DNA of 64,000 nt from Eledone cirrhosa (GCA_964016885.1 OZ024756.1:5270001-5334000), one strand, 5' to 3'. Shown: positions 1 to 14,584, counted from the first letter of the stretch. Notes: generated by a model from the sequence alone, not told the origin. A program made the numbers and translations.

Positions 1-28
1 TCGGAAACATAACCTTATTATGTAAAAA

Positions 29-102
29 GCTGTCTGACGATGTCGCGACACTGGCGCACGGAACAGTGTAACCACTGTCGCCATTGAAATATATATCACA
101 GC
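29..102 (+). ncRNA. Type I hammerhead ribozyme
   Basis: gctgt CTGACGA [stem II gcgaca...tgtcgc] GAAA tatata TC acagc; stem I gctgt/acagc; predicted cleavage after C97. Confidence 0.8.
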
Positions 103-116
103 ATTATTATTAAAAG

Positions 117-311
117 GGCGGGGGATTGGCAGTATCGGTAGAGGGTCGGACGCCATGCTTTGACGCATAGAGTTACGGCCCTTTCCATTCTGAGTTCAAA
201 TCCAGCCGAGGTAAACTTTGCCTTTCATCCTTACGAGGTCGATAAAATAAAGTACCAGTAATACGCTGGGTAATTGCTGGCCTTGTGCCAAAAGTAGAAA
301 CAATTATTATT
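117..311 (+). mobile_element. tRNA-derived SINE with Nin-type central domain (subfamily A)
   Basis: A-box-like TGGCAGTATCGG, B-box GAGTTCAAATCC, central GCCTTTCATCCTTACGAGGTCGATAAAATAAAGTACCAG, (ATT)n tail; many copies in window. Confidence 0.85.
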
Positions 312-1536
312 TAAAGACTTGAACATCTGAAACTACTTCGCTTTTCCTTATTCGATATTTACTCCGTCACTCCTATGTGGAATAAGTACGTTGAGTGCTT
401 CAATTGAATTGCATCAATATTTACCCTAAGAATTTAGCTCCAATTAGTTGAGCGCTCTATGATGTAACCGATATGGTGGAGAACAGAGGAACCAACCAAG
501 AGCTACACCCGGAAATACCCCCTACCATGGGGATTGAAACCCCTGATACTGGACGGACATAATACCTTTCGGCAGGATAAATACGCGGAAACAAAAACAA
601 AGATAAACCCCTATTTCCTGCACCAAATCGCATTTGAACAGAAGCCCCCTCAATTCAATCTATACATGGACAAATTGACAATCATATTGATCATCTATCT
701 CATTTTGCATATATGTACTCTGTGTTTTTGTATTTATTCATTAATTGTTTTTTCTTTTGTGTACGTTATATCGTTTTTTTTTTGGTTCGGTTCCATGTGA
801 TGGAAATTCTAGCTATGTACCCGACTAAATACTACCTTTCATACCGTACTTTACCCTCCGTTGTACTCTACGGTACTATCGTTCAGTATATAGATAATAT
901 AACCGTAACATTAATACCCATTTCAAAACTTCTTACTTAAACATCTCTCTGCATATTATTTACTCACTTCAATCTATATTTTTTTTACTCGCCTCAATCC
1001 AGATTCCCAATTGAAAAAGTATTAATTTTTAATTGTTAATTTTTAATTTCTAATTTTTGATATTTAATATTTGATTTCTGATTTTGGATTTTAAATTTTA
1101 ATTCCCAACTCTCATTCATAACTTCCACTGTGAAACCAGGATACATAGAATTAAATATATTTTCTCTTAGAGGTTGATGGTCAATTATACTGTCCATGCT
1201 TAATGAGAGGTGGTATTCAGACCTGTGGATACTCACACTCTCTCATCCCCACTGGCTTTCGACTGACAGCCACTGACGGGATAGGTAGCAGTAAGCTATA
1301 TTACAGACCTTGAAGGGCTCATTGTTCGGCTGAGAGGGGGAACTGACTAAGCGAATTTCGTTGAAATCTGCGGTAGCTAATGGTCAATTTCATACGGACC
1401 TGCGCCTGCGCAGACCGGTGGGGGTGAATTGATACTCACATGGGAATGGAAGAAGAACCCAAGAGCACACACTTCGTCCGTTCCCATGTCGATTCAATTT
1501 GAATTGCCGCGGAAACATAACCTTATTATGTAAAAA

Positions 1537-1610
1537 GCTGTCTGACGATGTCGCGACACTGGCGCACGGAACAGTGTGAACACTGTCGCCATTGAAATAT
1601 ATATCACAGC
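1537..1610 (+). ncRNA. Type I hammerhead ribozyme
   Basis: Same fold as 29..102 (CTGACGA...GAAA tatata TC acagc). Confidence 0.8.
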
Positions 1611-1616
1611 ATTATT

Positions 1617-1799
1617 TTGGCAGTATCGTTAGAGGGTTGGAAGCCATGCTTTCTTGCATAGTTACGTCCCTTTACAGTCTGAGTTCAAATCCCGCCGAGG
1701 TTAACTGCCTTTCATCCCTACGGGGTCGATAAAATAAGGTACCTGTAATGTACTGGGTATTTGATGGCCTTGTGCCTAAAGTAGAAACAATTATTATTA
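1617..1799 (+). mobile_element. Nin-type SINE (subfamily B, slightly 5' truncated)
   Basis: B-box GAGTTCAAATCCC, Nin core, (ATT)n tail; diagnostic tttc.tgcatagttacgtccctttac shared with the copy at 26465. Confidence 0.85.
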
Positions 1800-1837
1800 A
1801 AAGACTTGAACATCTGAAACTACTTCGGTTTTCCTTA

Positions 1838-1904
1838 TTATATATATGTATATATGTATATATATATGTATGTATATATGTATATATATATATATATATA
1901 TATC

Positions 1905-1980
<76 letters not shown>

Positions 1981-2066
1981 CACACACATATATATATATA
2001 TACATATATATATACATATATATATATACATATATATACATATATATATATATATACATATTTACA

Positions 2067-2098
<32 letters not shown>

Positions 2099-2099
2099 C

Positions 2100-2132
<33 letters not shown>

Positions 2133-2185
2133 CATATATATGTATATATATATATATACATATATATATATACATATATACATAT
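1838..2185. repeat. (TA)n microsatellite with CA interruptions
   Basis: Direct inspection. Confidence 0.95.
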
Positions 2186-2862
2186 CCGAGAGAAGCGAAA
2201 TGAGATGGCTGGTTTAAGTTAACAAACGATGCAGCAACACACGCACACACACACACACACACAAACAAGACATCTACACACACACACACACAGTAGCATT
2301 CCACCATACGAACATACTACACTGCCAATACAGAGGAACAAGGCAACAACACACGCACACACACACACACACACACACTCAAGCGAGACAAAAACACACG
2401 CACACACACACAGTAACATTTAACAAACAGGCAGAGAATGGACTGACAGCTAGCGCCACCCCACTCCCTCATTCGGCAGCTGACCTCTGCCCGACCGGCC
2501 CCATTTCACGCGCACGCGCGCCCTGCTGAATACCTCAGATATTCAAAACAACAAACAGCGGAGGACGCGTTTCGCACCTTTCCGACAGACAACCTTTCCC
2601 CCACCCCGGAAAAAAAACCCCAGTTGATGGATGTGACTCCGAAATATAAAGGGACAATTAAATCTCTCCCAAGGTAACTCTCTCTCGTGTTGTTATTTTA
2701 ATTTTATCCTTTATACTCTTTCCTTCATTCTTCTACACGTCTTATACACGCCACGCATCTCAACATACACCCACTTACATCTCTCTCTCCACCACCGGAT
2801 CTTGTTACCCGGAGATTTACCCATTTGAATTGTCGAGGCTTCCAAACGACTTAAAGATATTT
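2186..2862 (+). mobile_element. 3' fragment of a PLE related to the element at 23208..24330
   Basis: Starts with ORF end [11 protein letters not shown] (compare RAERNEQTWLT*); shares tcacgcgcacgcgc, an HHR-like motif and attaaatctct...ggtaac tail with that element. Confidence 0.6.
2618..2654 (+). ncRNA. Degenerate or variant hammerhead motif (core CAGTTGA)
   Basis: ccc CAGTTGA t gga tgtgac tcc GAAA tata aaggg. Confidence 0.4.
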
Positions 2863-4214
<1,352 letters not shown>

Positions 4215-4231
4215 GTAAACCTTCTTTCCTG

Positions 4232-4295
<64 letters not shown>

Positions 4296-4426
4296 GGAAA
4301 GTTTTATTTAAAATTGTTGGGTTACAACTAGTAAATATTTATAACTGATATAAAAGCACTCGACAAATATTTGGAGTATATTTACAATATTAAATAAATG
4401 GAAACTATATTTATAAAACCATATTT

Positions 4427-4490
4427 ATTTCATTATATATATTTCGGGGATATCATATTAACAATATGCTATGCCTTCCTCAGACAAAAT
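4427..4490 (-). ncRNA. Type I hammerhead ribozyme (inverted pLTR arm)
   Basis: attttgt CTGAGGA ... GAAA tatatat A atgaaat on the minus strand. Confidence 0.7.
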
Positions 4491-5793
4491 ATAATATAAA
4501 CAGTTTTATAGAGAAATAGATTGGACATACCGTAACAACACCGACTTGCATTTGGAGAGGTTGAGCTGGCAGTGAAAAAATTTTACACAGAGAGAAAGAA
4601 AGAGAGAAAGAAGAAAGAAGGACAGAAAACGAAGAAAAGGAAGAAAAAGAAATGATCTTTGAAATGATCTTTGCTAGTTGTGATTTGATGGATAATTTTT
4701 GGCTTTGTCTGTTTTTCGACTCTGATGCTTATAATGAACTTGGCAATATATTGTCAACTAATTTTGAAGGGTTGATCTTTGTGGTTTATTTTTATTTTTT
4801 ATTATTGTAGTATTTTCTAATATTTTTTTATTTTTATTTTTAATATCTTTAATATGTAAATTTTTTAATATGTAATATTTTTAATATGTAATATTCTTTC
4901 GTAATATTTTTATTTTTTTAGTTTTCTATTTTATTATTACTTATTACTTATTATTATTATTGTTATTTTTATTTTTTTAGTTTTGTTTCTGATATATATT
5001 TTTATTAGTATATTGAAATCTGCTCTCTATTTCTGCTTGATAGATAATCTTGTAGAGTAAAGACAGGAATAATAGTACACATATTTGTATACTCAAAGTT
5101 TTATACCACATTGAGAATGTTTTCCGTGAACTTAGAGTTTGCAGAGTTGATCATGTGGATTCACATGTTTGTAGCTATCACATAAACATATGAATTTTTT
5201 TAAAAAACTAAACATAAGATAATTAATTTTCACACACTATGGATACTTGTCTCATTCAGGAGTACTGATATTTACAATATAGTGGAAGTTTTATAAATAC
5301 TAATACATTAAAACATAGGGTTTTTTACGCCTCGAATATATCTGGCTACTTTTTAAATTTTTTCTCTCGCTATTTTTTCTCTCTCTATATTCTTTCTCTC
5401 TCTATATATCTCCCTTACATTAATACTAGAGCTAAATAAATAAATAAATAAATAAATAAATGTACCATTGATACATTTACTCAACTGACCTCCCACTACC
5501 TAATTTTCTATATATATATGTATCTATCTCTATTTCCTCTCTCTCTATATATATATATCCCTTTCTGTTTCTTTACATGAAGCTCTTCTCCTTATCTATC
5601 TCTCCATCTCTCTACTTTGTTCCATGCATTTCTTCTTTTTCTTCCTTTTATTCGTTTTCTGTCCTTCTTTCTTCTTTCTCTCTTTCTTTCTCTCTGTGTA
5701 AAATTTTTTCACTGCCAGCTCAACCTCTCCAAATGGAAGTCGGTGTTGTTACGGTATGTCGAATCTATTTATCTATAAAACTGTTTATATTGT

Positions 5794-5857
5794 ATTTTGT
5801 CTGAGGAAGGCATAGCATATTGTTAATATGATATCCCCGAAATATATATAATGAAAT
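5794..5857 (+). ncRNA. Type I hammerhead ribozyme
   Basis: attttgt CTGAGGA aggcatagcatattgttaatatgatatcccc GAAA tatatat A atgaaat. Confidence 0.7.
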
Positions 5858-5895
5858 AAATATGGTTTTATAAATATAGTTTCCATTTATTTAAT

Positions 5896-5926
<31 letters not shown>

Positions 5927-6020
5927 GAAGTAATTCCGTCGGAAAAGTCCAGGAATAAAAAGTGCTCTATGTAGGTAACAGAGCTTAATAGTTATGTAAT
6001 AAACAACATAAGGCAATTAT

Positions 6021-6078
6021 TCCATTTACCAGTGGTTTCTTAAAAGCAAAAAAATTTGCTTTCAATCATAAGAATGAA
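6021..6078 (-). ncRNA. Hammerhead motif with G5U core change (CTTATGA), in a PLE 3' remnant (~5926..6750)
   Basis: ttcatt CTTATGA t tgaaagcaaa tttt tttgctttta a GAAA cca c tgg TA aatgga; all three stems can form. Confidence 0.55.
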
Positions 6079-6749
6079 AAAATCCTGGTGTATTTATTGA
6101 TATTGGATTCTAAAAACAAAAATGCAATCTATATGAAAGTGAGGCTGGAGAAGGAAGAAGGAAAGGAAAAATAAAATAAAAACACACATGCAAACACACA
6201 CACACACACACAATTTATACATACACACATATATATATATATATACATACTCTCATACATACACAGACACATATACACATATATATGTGTATATATATAC
6301 ATACACATACATATACACATACACACATACACACATAAATATCAACATATCCATATATACACATATATATATATACAACCACACACACATATATACACAC
6401 ATACATATATAAATATATATATATGCATACACATACACATACATAGCCATACACACATACATATACATACATACATGCACACAATCATACATATATACAT
6501 ACGTACAAACATACACATGCATACATACATACATACATGCATACATATGCATGCACCAAATTAGAAAAATATACATACACCTCTACATATTCACACATGC
6601 AAATAAATATAAAAAAAATATATAAAAAATAATAAAAGAAAATAAAGACTATTATAAAGTTGACAGCGATACAGGCAACAAATAAATGAAGAAACACACG
6701 TGGTAGGCAATACACACAAATGCACGTACACATACATACGTAAAAATAA

Positions 6750-6784
<35 letters not shown>

Positions 6785-6799
6785 CGTATATATATATAT

Positions 6800-7133
6800 T
6801 AGTAAGAGGAATTCTAACTTTGTCTGATTTACACTTTTTATTTACAACCCTTTAAAATTTATAATGGTATTATAATGAAATAGTATGATAGAATATTAAA
6901 TGTTAATTGAACAAGTACTTTCATGCTTTCGCAATCTTCAGGTCCATAATGTATGGTGACAGCCAAGTTTGCAATACAATCATACACACGCGTGTATATT
7001 TATCTATCTATATATATATTCCTATTGTGTATATGCCAACATTTCTGGAAAGCAACAAATGAAATCAGACAAAGTTGGAATTCCTCTTATTAATATAATC
7101 TTCTATACACAATCATACACACCCGTGTATATT
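6800..7133 (-). mobile_element. Short copy of the Neptune-like PLE pLTR with inverted 5' piece
   Basis: 6800..6975 resembles 17035..17216; 7064..7133 is the reverse complement of 16990..17063. Confidence 0.8.
6908..6946 (-). ncRNA. Minimal type I hammerhead ribozyme
   Basis: tggac CTGAAGA ttgc gaaa gcat GAAA gtac TT gttca. Confidence 0.7.
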
Positions 7134-7142
7134 TCTCTCTCT

Positions 7143-7830
<688 letters not shown>

Positions 7831-7936
7831 AGCAGTTGAGCAGTTGAAGTATAAGGACGTGTTTTTACTTCTCTCCCCGAGTAAGCAGCAAGTCACACAG
7901 CCACAAAACAAAACCACAAGACAAAACCAAACAAAC

Positions 7937-8195
7937 AAAAATTGACCGGTTAATACATTTTCATACATCTATATTATTATATATTTGAAAATTGACCGGT
8001 TAATACATTTTTCATACATCTATATTATTATATATTTGAAAATTGACCGGTTAATACATTTTTCATACATCTATATTATTATATATTTGAAAATTGACCG
8101 GTTAATACATTTTTCATACATCTATATTATTATATATTTGAAAATTGACCGGTTAATACATTTTTCATACATCTATATTATTATATATTTGAAAC
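7937..8195 (+). repeat. ~5 x 51-bp tandem monomers in the LINE 5' UTR
   Basis: aaaattgaccggttaatacatttttcatacatctatattattatatatttg repeated. Confidence 0.9.
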
Positions 8196-8205
8196 CACGT
8201 GTTTT

Positions 8206-8671
8206 CGAACTTGTGAGTACATTTTCCTTTAACTACAAATTATTATTATATACTTTCGTCTTTTCATTAACTTAATTAATTTCAAATAACCAGAATATAC
8301 ATATATATATATATATATATACTCATATTTATATATATACGCTTCTCACTCACACACAAGAAAAACAAAAATAAATCAAAAATAAATTTGAAAAAAATAT
8401 ATATATATTGAAATACTTAACTAAAACACACACACACGAACTTGTGAGTACATTTTCCTTTAACTACAAATTATTATATACTTTCGTCTTTTCATTAACT
8501 TAATTAATTTCAAATAACCAGAATATACATATATATATATATATATACTCATATTTATATATATACGCTTCTCACTCACACACAAGAAAAACAAAAAACA
8601 AAAATAAATCAAAAATAAATTTAAAAAAAAATATATATATATTGAAATACTTAACTAAAACACACACACAC
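8206..8671 (+). repeat. ~230-bp tandem duplication in the LINE 5' UTR
   Basis: cgaacttgtgagtacattttcc...ctaaaacacacacaca occurs twice (at ~8206 and ~8437). Confidence 0.9.
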
Positions 8672-8682
8672 TCAAAACTAGA

Positions 8683-8990
8683 ATGGCTAACCAGCAAAAA
8701 TCCAAACAGAACTGGTCTGATAATGAAATCGACATTCTAATAAACACATGGCATTGCCTTTCCCAAACAGAAGATATAGATGCTTCATCTCTGAACGACA
8801 TTGCTAAACGTACAGTTCAATTTTTGAAAACTCGATCTGAACAACAGATTCAAAATAAATTAAAGCAAATCGAAATTGCTTTTAAATTAATCAATAAACA
8901 TTTGGATAAACTACGGTGTGTTTTCTCTTCGAATGCTGTCCAGCAGCAGCAACAACAACAACAGCAGCTACAACAGCAACAACAACAGCT

Positions 8991-9026
<36 letters not shown>

Positions 9027-9846
9027 GCTACAACAACAACATCAACAACAACAGTGTGAACCACTCCTTGATTCATCAACAATGGCCGATCTACTAAATG
9101 AAACTATTGACCCCCCAGTAGCCTCTGTCTCACAGCATGAAACGCCACATCCTTTCTCTGGCCCAGCAGTCCAATCATCACCACTGCCAACATCTCTGCC
9201 TACTACTACTACTACTACTACAACATTTTTGTCTACTGCTATGTCAAGGAATTTACCTTCTAATACCAGAACAAGAACTCTCCCTCCCACAGTCCACAAA
9301 GGTCGTCAAATCCTACCCAAACCATCATCTACACCTCTCACAACACCCACACCCACATACCCACCCACTCGAAACCCCATCATTTGCCGCTACTCTCTAC
9401 GCTATAGAATATGTACGGATAGTGGCTGCAAATTCACCCATTTACCTAGGACAAAACGATCTATCCCCACAAACAGCCACCACCATAATACATACTCTAA
9501 TTTAACACCAACACAACCACCAATAACTCAAACAAGGAATCCACAAATCTGCCGTTTTTCCCTGCGAGACAGATTGTGTTTAGACCGGGATTGTCCCTTT
9601 AACCATCTCCCGGGGACCCGTCGGATAAATGAAAATAAAATTAAAAATAAAAGCAAAAACAAAAACCATAACCTACATAAAAATAACCACTACCACAGTC
9701 ACCAACAGTCTTCTAAACAGGAAACTTCTTCCGCTTTTTTAGCCATAATGAATCTGGCAAAAGAACTGGAAAAAAACATTCGAGCTATCACCCAGCACCA
9801 CCCTCCACTATCACCCCACTGCACAAACTCCCATTGCTGCCATTAA
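8683..9846 (+). CDS. LINE ORF1 protein: Myb/SANT-like N-terminus, poly-Q, two CCCH zinc fingers
   Basis: NWSDNEIDILINTW...RSEQQIQNKLK; CRYSLRYRICTDSGCKFTH and CRFSLRDRLCLDRDCPFNH. Confidence 0.8.
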
Positions 9847-12800
9847 CAAACAAACAAATTAACAACACACCAAAACAATTAAAACCATCCACTCTCGCCT
9901 CTACATTTTTGCTTAACGCCCAAGGCATCAGCCCTTCCACCAATACTCAAAAATGGAAGATCAAATTCCTGGAGGACTGGATTGATGTCCATCCAAACCA
10001 CATCCCTTTCTTCGTCCTCACTGAAACCCATCTCAGTAACCTCCACTTGGAAGCCGAGGTGAAAGTGAAAAATTTCAAAGCCATCCGTGCTGATCGCGCT
10101 GGCAGAAGAAAGGGCGGAACTGCCATTTATGTCCATAATTCTTTCTCAACAGAGGCTATGAACATATTCACTAATGGATACTGTGAGGCAGTCACTGTAT
10201 TCAGTCAAACCAACAACCTATTAGTAGTTGGGCTCTATAGGCCACCCCAAACGCCTGTACCATGCTTCAAGGAATGCCTCAACAGCATAAAGTGTTTCAT
10301 CCAAGAGTGTCACCCTGACAACATCTTAATGATGGGGGACTTCAACCTCCCCGGAGTTGACTGGTCCACAAACACCCTGCCACCAGGTTCTTCTGCCTCA
10401 ACCTCTGACAGGGAAGCTGTGGAATCGCTTCTTGACTTCATGGATGATTTCTTCCTATCCCAACTAGTGCTCGAACCAACGAGGTGCCACAAAAACGTCC
10501 TAGACTTAATTTTCAGCAATCACACTGACAATATCCACAATATTGCAGTGGAGAAAACTCTACTCTCTGATCATGACATGGTTCTCTGTGATCTGAGATT
10601 CCACCGTCCAATATACAAACCCAATGTCATCTCTCCTGTCCATCCGTTTGACGCTATGGATTTCCACAATGCAAACTGGGAAGCGATCAGTCATGATCTT
10701 GCACATGTCGACTGGTCCTTCACGCACACTCATACACCCACTAACATCAAAAAGTCCTGGCAGACATTTGTGGACACTGTTACAAACATATGTGCTAAAC
10801 ACACCCCATTAAGAACTATAAACAAATCTAAGAGCAGAATCCCTAGAAATAGAAAAACGCTCATCAGAAAAATTAAGAGAACGAACAAAAAAATCAACAA
10901 GCTGAAATACTGTCAGCAGCAACACATCAACTTGACTGCCATTTCATCACTAGAGATTAAAAAACATAACCTCCAAAACAACATAATGTCCCTCATCAAC
11001 AATCAGAGAAGAGCTGAAGAGGCCTGGGCCATTGAGAAGATCAAACTCAATCCCAAAGTGTTCTTTTCATTTGCAAAAAAACACAAAATCACTGGCTCTA
11101 CTGTTGGCCCTCTAATTGATGAAAATGGCACTCTTCAAGACAATGCTAAAACCATGGGTGAGATACTGCAGAAACAATACTGCTCTGTTTTCAGCAATCC
11201 TGATATGGCCGATCTGGGCTGTATCGGCGATGTTACTCCCCATTACACCTTATCGGACATAACGTTTGGCGCCCCTGATGTCTTGGCGGCAATAAAGGAA
11301 ATCAAGCATAATTCAGCAGTAGGTCCCGATAGGTTCCCTGCTTGTGTCTTGAAGGCGTGTCAACACCAACTTGCTTCTCCTCTTGCCAATCTGTGGCGGA
11401 ACTCACTGGATGCTGGATATGTGCCAGAAAACCTTCTATCCCAGTCTGTTGTCCCAGTTTTCAAAAAGGGAAACAAATCCCTTGCCGTGAATTACCGTCC
11501 AATCTCACTCACCTCTCATATCATTAAGGTATTTGAGCGAGTGGTGAGATCGCGAATGACCCACTTCCTTGAGAGTAACAATATGCTGAACTCCAACCAG
11601 CATGGATTCCGTAATGGAAGGGATTGCCTGACGCAACTACTGCATCACTTTGATGACATTTTGAGAGCCTTGGGAGAGGGTTCCAACACTGATGTTATCT
11701 ACCTTGATTTCAGCAAGGCCTTTGACAGGGTTGATCATAACATTCTACTGAGAAAGCTGTCCAATATTGGTGTCACTGGAAAGCTGCTGCAGTGGATCAA
11801 GAGCTTCCTGTCAAACAGAACCCAACATGTTGTAGTTGAGGGAGTCAAATCAAGCCCAGCCAAAGTCAGTAGTGGAGTCCCACAAGGCACTGTGTTGGGC
11901 CCACTTCTCTTCATCATCTATATTAATGACATCACTGACATCATCAAACACAGCAACATTAAAATTTTCGCTGATGATTCCAAGCTCCAAAAGGTCATCA
12001 ATGGCGTGGATGACCGGATAAGCCTTCAGTCAGACCTACTGGCTGTTACCCAATGGGCAGAAAAGAACAACATGTTACTGAACGAAGACAAATTCGAACT
12101 GATCCACTTTGGAAAAGAGGATGCTCTGAAACTCCCGTACTCCCTTCCCTCCGGGGAAACTCTCGTGGCATCTAACAACATCAGAGACTTGGGAGTAACC
12201 GTGGACAGCAACATAAGCTGGACCACGCATATAAGCAGCAAAGTTGACATGGCCCGCAGAATGTGTTCCTGGATCCTCAGAACCTTCCAGTCGAGAGATT
12301 CCCGCACCATTATCCTTCTCTTCTCTACTTTCGCCCGACCACACCTTGAATACTGTTGTCCACTGTGGTCTCCCCACACGAAACAAAGTATCATGAAACT
12401 TGAAGCTCCTCAAAGGGCAATCACGAAAAAGATAGATGGCATGTCAGACCTTGACTACTGGGGTCGATTGGAAAACCTGAAACTTTACTCACTCCAACGT
12501 CGCCGTGAGCGTTATATTATCTGCATGATGTGGAAAATGTTCCATCATCACTGCCCAAATGATGTTGGCATCGCCTTCAAGATACACCCAAGGCTTGGGC
12601 CCCGTGCTATCCGTCCCATTCAAAAATCTAAATCGCAACTCATAACAACAATACGGCACAATTATTTCACCTCAATCGGCCCTGCTCTCTTCAACATCAC
12701 ACCAGGACACGTCAAAACAGAAACTGACCACACAAAATTCAAGAAGTCTTTGGACAAATTCCTCCAAGTAATCCCGGACAAACCACCCACACCCGGATAT

Positions 12801-12854
12801 GTCTCCGCAAACAGTAATTCTCTTCTCGAATGGGCCATGGTGCCCAAATCCTGA
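9834..12854 (+). CDS. LINE ORF2: APE endonuclease + reverse transcriptase (no in-frame AUG before the APE domain; frame open from 9717)
   Basis: APE motifs LNAQG, LTETHL, GDFNLP, LDLIF, SDHD; RT motifs [39 protein letters not shown]; CR1-like C-terminus [13 protein letters not shown]. Confidence 0.95.
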   Translation: MLPLTNKQINNTPKQLKPSTLASTFLLNAQGISPSTNTQKWKIKFLEDWIDVHPNHIPFFVLTETHLSNLHLEAEVKVKNFKAIRADRAGRRKGGTAIYVHNSFSTEAMNIFTNGYCEAVTVFSQTNNLLVVGLYRPPQTPVPCFKECLNSIKCFIQECHPDNILMMGDFNLPGVDWSTNTLPPGSSASTSDREAVESLLDFMDDFFLSQLVLEPTRCHKNVLDLIFSNHTDNIHNIAVEKTLLSDHDMVLCDLRFHRPIYKPNVISPVHPFDAMDFHNANWEAISHDLAHVDWSFTHTHTPTNIKKSWQTFVDTVTNICAKHTPLRTINKSKSRIPRNRKTLIRKIKRTNKKINKLKYCQQQHINLTAISSLEIKKHNLQNNIMSLINNQRRAEEAWAIEKIKLNPKVFFSFAKKHKITGSTVGPLIDENGTLQDNAKTMGEILQKQYCSVFSNPDMADLGCIGDVTPHYTLSDITFGAPDVLAAIKEIKHNSAVGPDRFPACVLKACQHQLASPLANLWRNSLDAGYVPENLLSQSVVPVFKKGNKSLAVNYRPISLTSHIIKVFERVVRSRMTHFLESNNMLNSNQHGFRNGRDCLTQLLHHFDDILRALGEGSNTDVIYLDFSKAFDRVDHNILLRKLSNIGVTGKLLQWIKSFLSNRTQHVVVEGVKSSPAKVSSGVPQGTVLGPLLFIIYINDITDIIKHSNIKIFADDSKLQKVINGVDDRISLQSDLLAVTQWAEKNNMLLNEDKFELIHFGKEDALKLPYSLPSGETLVASNNIRDLGVTVDSNISWTTHISSKVDMARRMCSWILRTFQSRDSRTIILLFSTFARPHLEYCCPLWSPHTKQSIMKLEAPQRAITKKIDGMSDLDYWGRLENLKLYSLQRRRERYIICMMWKMFHHHCPNDVGIAFKIHPRLGPRAIRPIQKSKSQLITTIRHNYFTSIGPALFNITPGHVKTETDHTKFKKSLDKFLQVIPDKPPTPGYVSANSNSLLEWAMVPKS

Positions 12855-12940
12855 ATTGAAAGACTTCGCCAGGTGGTGCTATTAAGTTAGACATGGCCTG
12901 GGCCAATACTGGCCAAAACATTTCAAAGTTATTCAAAGTT

Positions 12941-13186
<246 letters not shown>

Positions 13187-13316
13187 GAAAGAAGGTTGAC
13201 ATGGTTTGCTATACAAAAAATGTTTAATCACATAGCTTACATTTGTTTCACTGAGCTGGTAGGTCTAGAGATCGCTATTCGCTTATTTTCGCGTTACTCG
13301 ATCGCCAATACAAAAT

Positions 13317-14584
13317 ATTAGAATATTCTTAAAAAAACTAGGCCTAAGTATTACCTACGAACTAAACCATAAGAAGGTAAATTTTCTAGATGTAACTCTA
13401 AATCTAAATACTGGATTAATAGAACCTTTCCACAAAAATAATGAAAATCTTGCTTACATTAGTTACAACTCAAATCACCCGAAATCCATAATTAGATACA
13501 TAGCACGTAGTATATCCCTCCGAATATCCCGCCTATCCTCAAACCTAGAAATCTTTAACGAGCATGCTGACTATTATAATGCAGCATTACGTAGGGCCTG
13601 TCATAAAGATAAACTGCAGTATATAGCGAATAAGGACAACGTAAACAATCCTAGTAATTACTACTCCAACCGCTCACATAATAATAGGAATAGCTTGACT
13701 AGACATAGGGTTAGATACGTAACACCTGGAGTAAACGGCCAAAAACACTAATAACGTAAACCCAAGAAACAATAGAAGAAACAGACAAAGAAAATACCTA
13801 TGGTTCAACCCAATATTCAACTCCTCTATAAAAACTAGACTGCCCTCTACATTCTTTAAACTAATAGATAAACACTTCCCTATCTCGCATAGATATCACA
13901 AAATACTCAATAGATCTACTATAAAACTCTCATTCTCAACAGCAGCTAACATAGAATCACACATACGCAAGATCAACCACAGAAATATCTCTAGTAAATC
14001 AACTGCACCTATACATAAGCACAAACACATCACAACATCACAACCACAAGCGCATACAAACGCGCAGCAGCAAAACCCCATTGGGCATATATCACAACCC
14101 ACTTATAACAGAGTACTAAACAGGAATGTAAAAGCTGCACAAAATAGCGCCTCAAACTGTAACTGTCACCTCCCAGATAGGTGCCCATTGGCGAACAGAT
14201 GTCTCGATTCGAGCCTGGTGTACATGTGCACGGTCATCTCGGGTAACTCCACATGGAATTACATAGGATCCACCGCAGGGTTCTTTTAAAAAAAGATGGT
14301 ATGTGCACAGACACTCAATGAAAAACCGTGCACTTATGGGTTCCATAACCCTCGCCAAAAAAATATGGGAATTGAAGGACAGCAACACTAACTACAGTAT
14401 CAACTGGTCAAAGTTGTCGACTGCTAAAACCTATAGTACAGGGATGTCCCACTGCGGGCTATGTGATCTTGAGCTATTGTATATCCTTAAAAATGTAAAA
14501 AGGCTACTTAACAATAAGTTAGAAAGATCTATCTTCTGCAGACATAGAATTGCCACTAAATTCATAAGATTCAAACCTCCGTGA
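13317..14584 (+). pseudogene. PLE RT C-terminus + GIY-YIG endonuclease, two frameshifts
   Basis: KVNFLDVTL, SNHPKSI, WFNPIF...FFKLIDKHFP, CNCHLPDRCPL (CxCx5C), LVYMC...YIGST, CGLCDLE...CRHR. Confidence 0.85.

Larger units (their letters stand above)
1..352 (+). repeat. PLE pseudo-LTR-like repeat, copy 1 (tandem with 1509..1840, period 1508 bp), containing an HHR and an inserted SINE
   Basis: cggaaacataaccttattatg...cacagcattatt and aagacttgaacatctgaaactacttcg recur almost identically 1508 bp downstream; an HHR lies inside. Confidence 0.75.
1509..1840 (+). repeat. PLE pseudo-LTR-like repeat, copy 2
   Basis: Near-identical to 1..352 outside the SINE. Confidence 0.75.
4294..5900 (+). mobile_element. 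Degenerate PLE with inverted 5' pLTR copy
   Basis: ~4380..4600 is the reverse complement of ~5680..5900; HHR in both arms; the interior matches 21540..22220 in reverse. Confidence 0.7.
7831..12940 (+). mobile_element. Full-length CR1-group non-LTR retrotransposon (LINE), apparently intact
   Basis: Repeat-containing 5' UTR, ORF1, uninterrupted APE-RT ORF2, short 3' UTR ending in a (ttcaaagtt)2 tail; inserted in (TA)n. Confidence 0.9.

Noticed and set aside
117-210. tRNA genes at SINE heads
   Set aside because: A/B boxes only, no cloverleaf, and continuous with the SINE body
13317-14584. Selenocysteine-encoding Naiad
   Set aside because: Conserved cysteines use TGT/TGC, and the interruptions are frameshifts followed by TAA, not in-frame TGA
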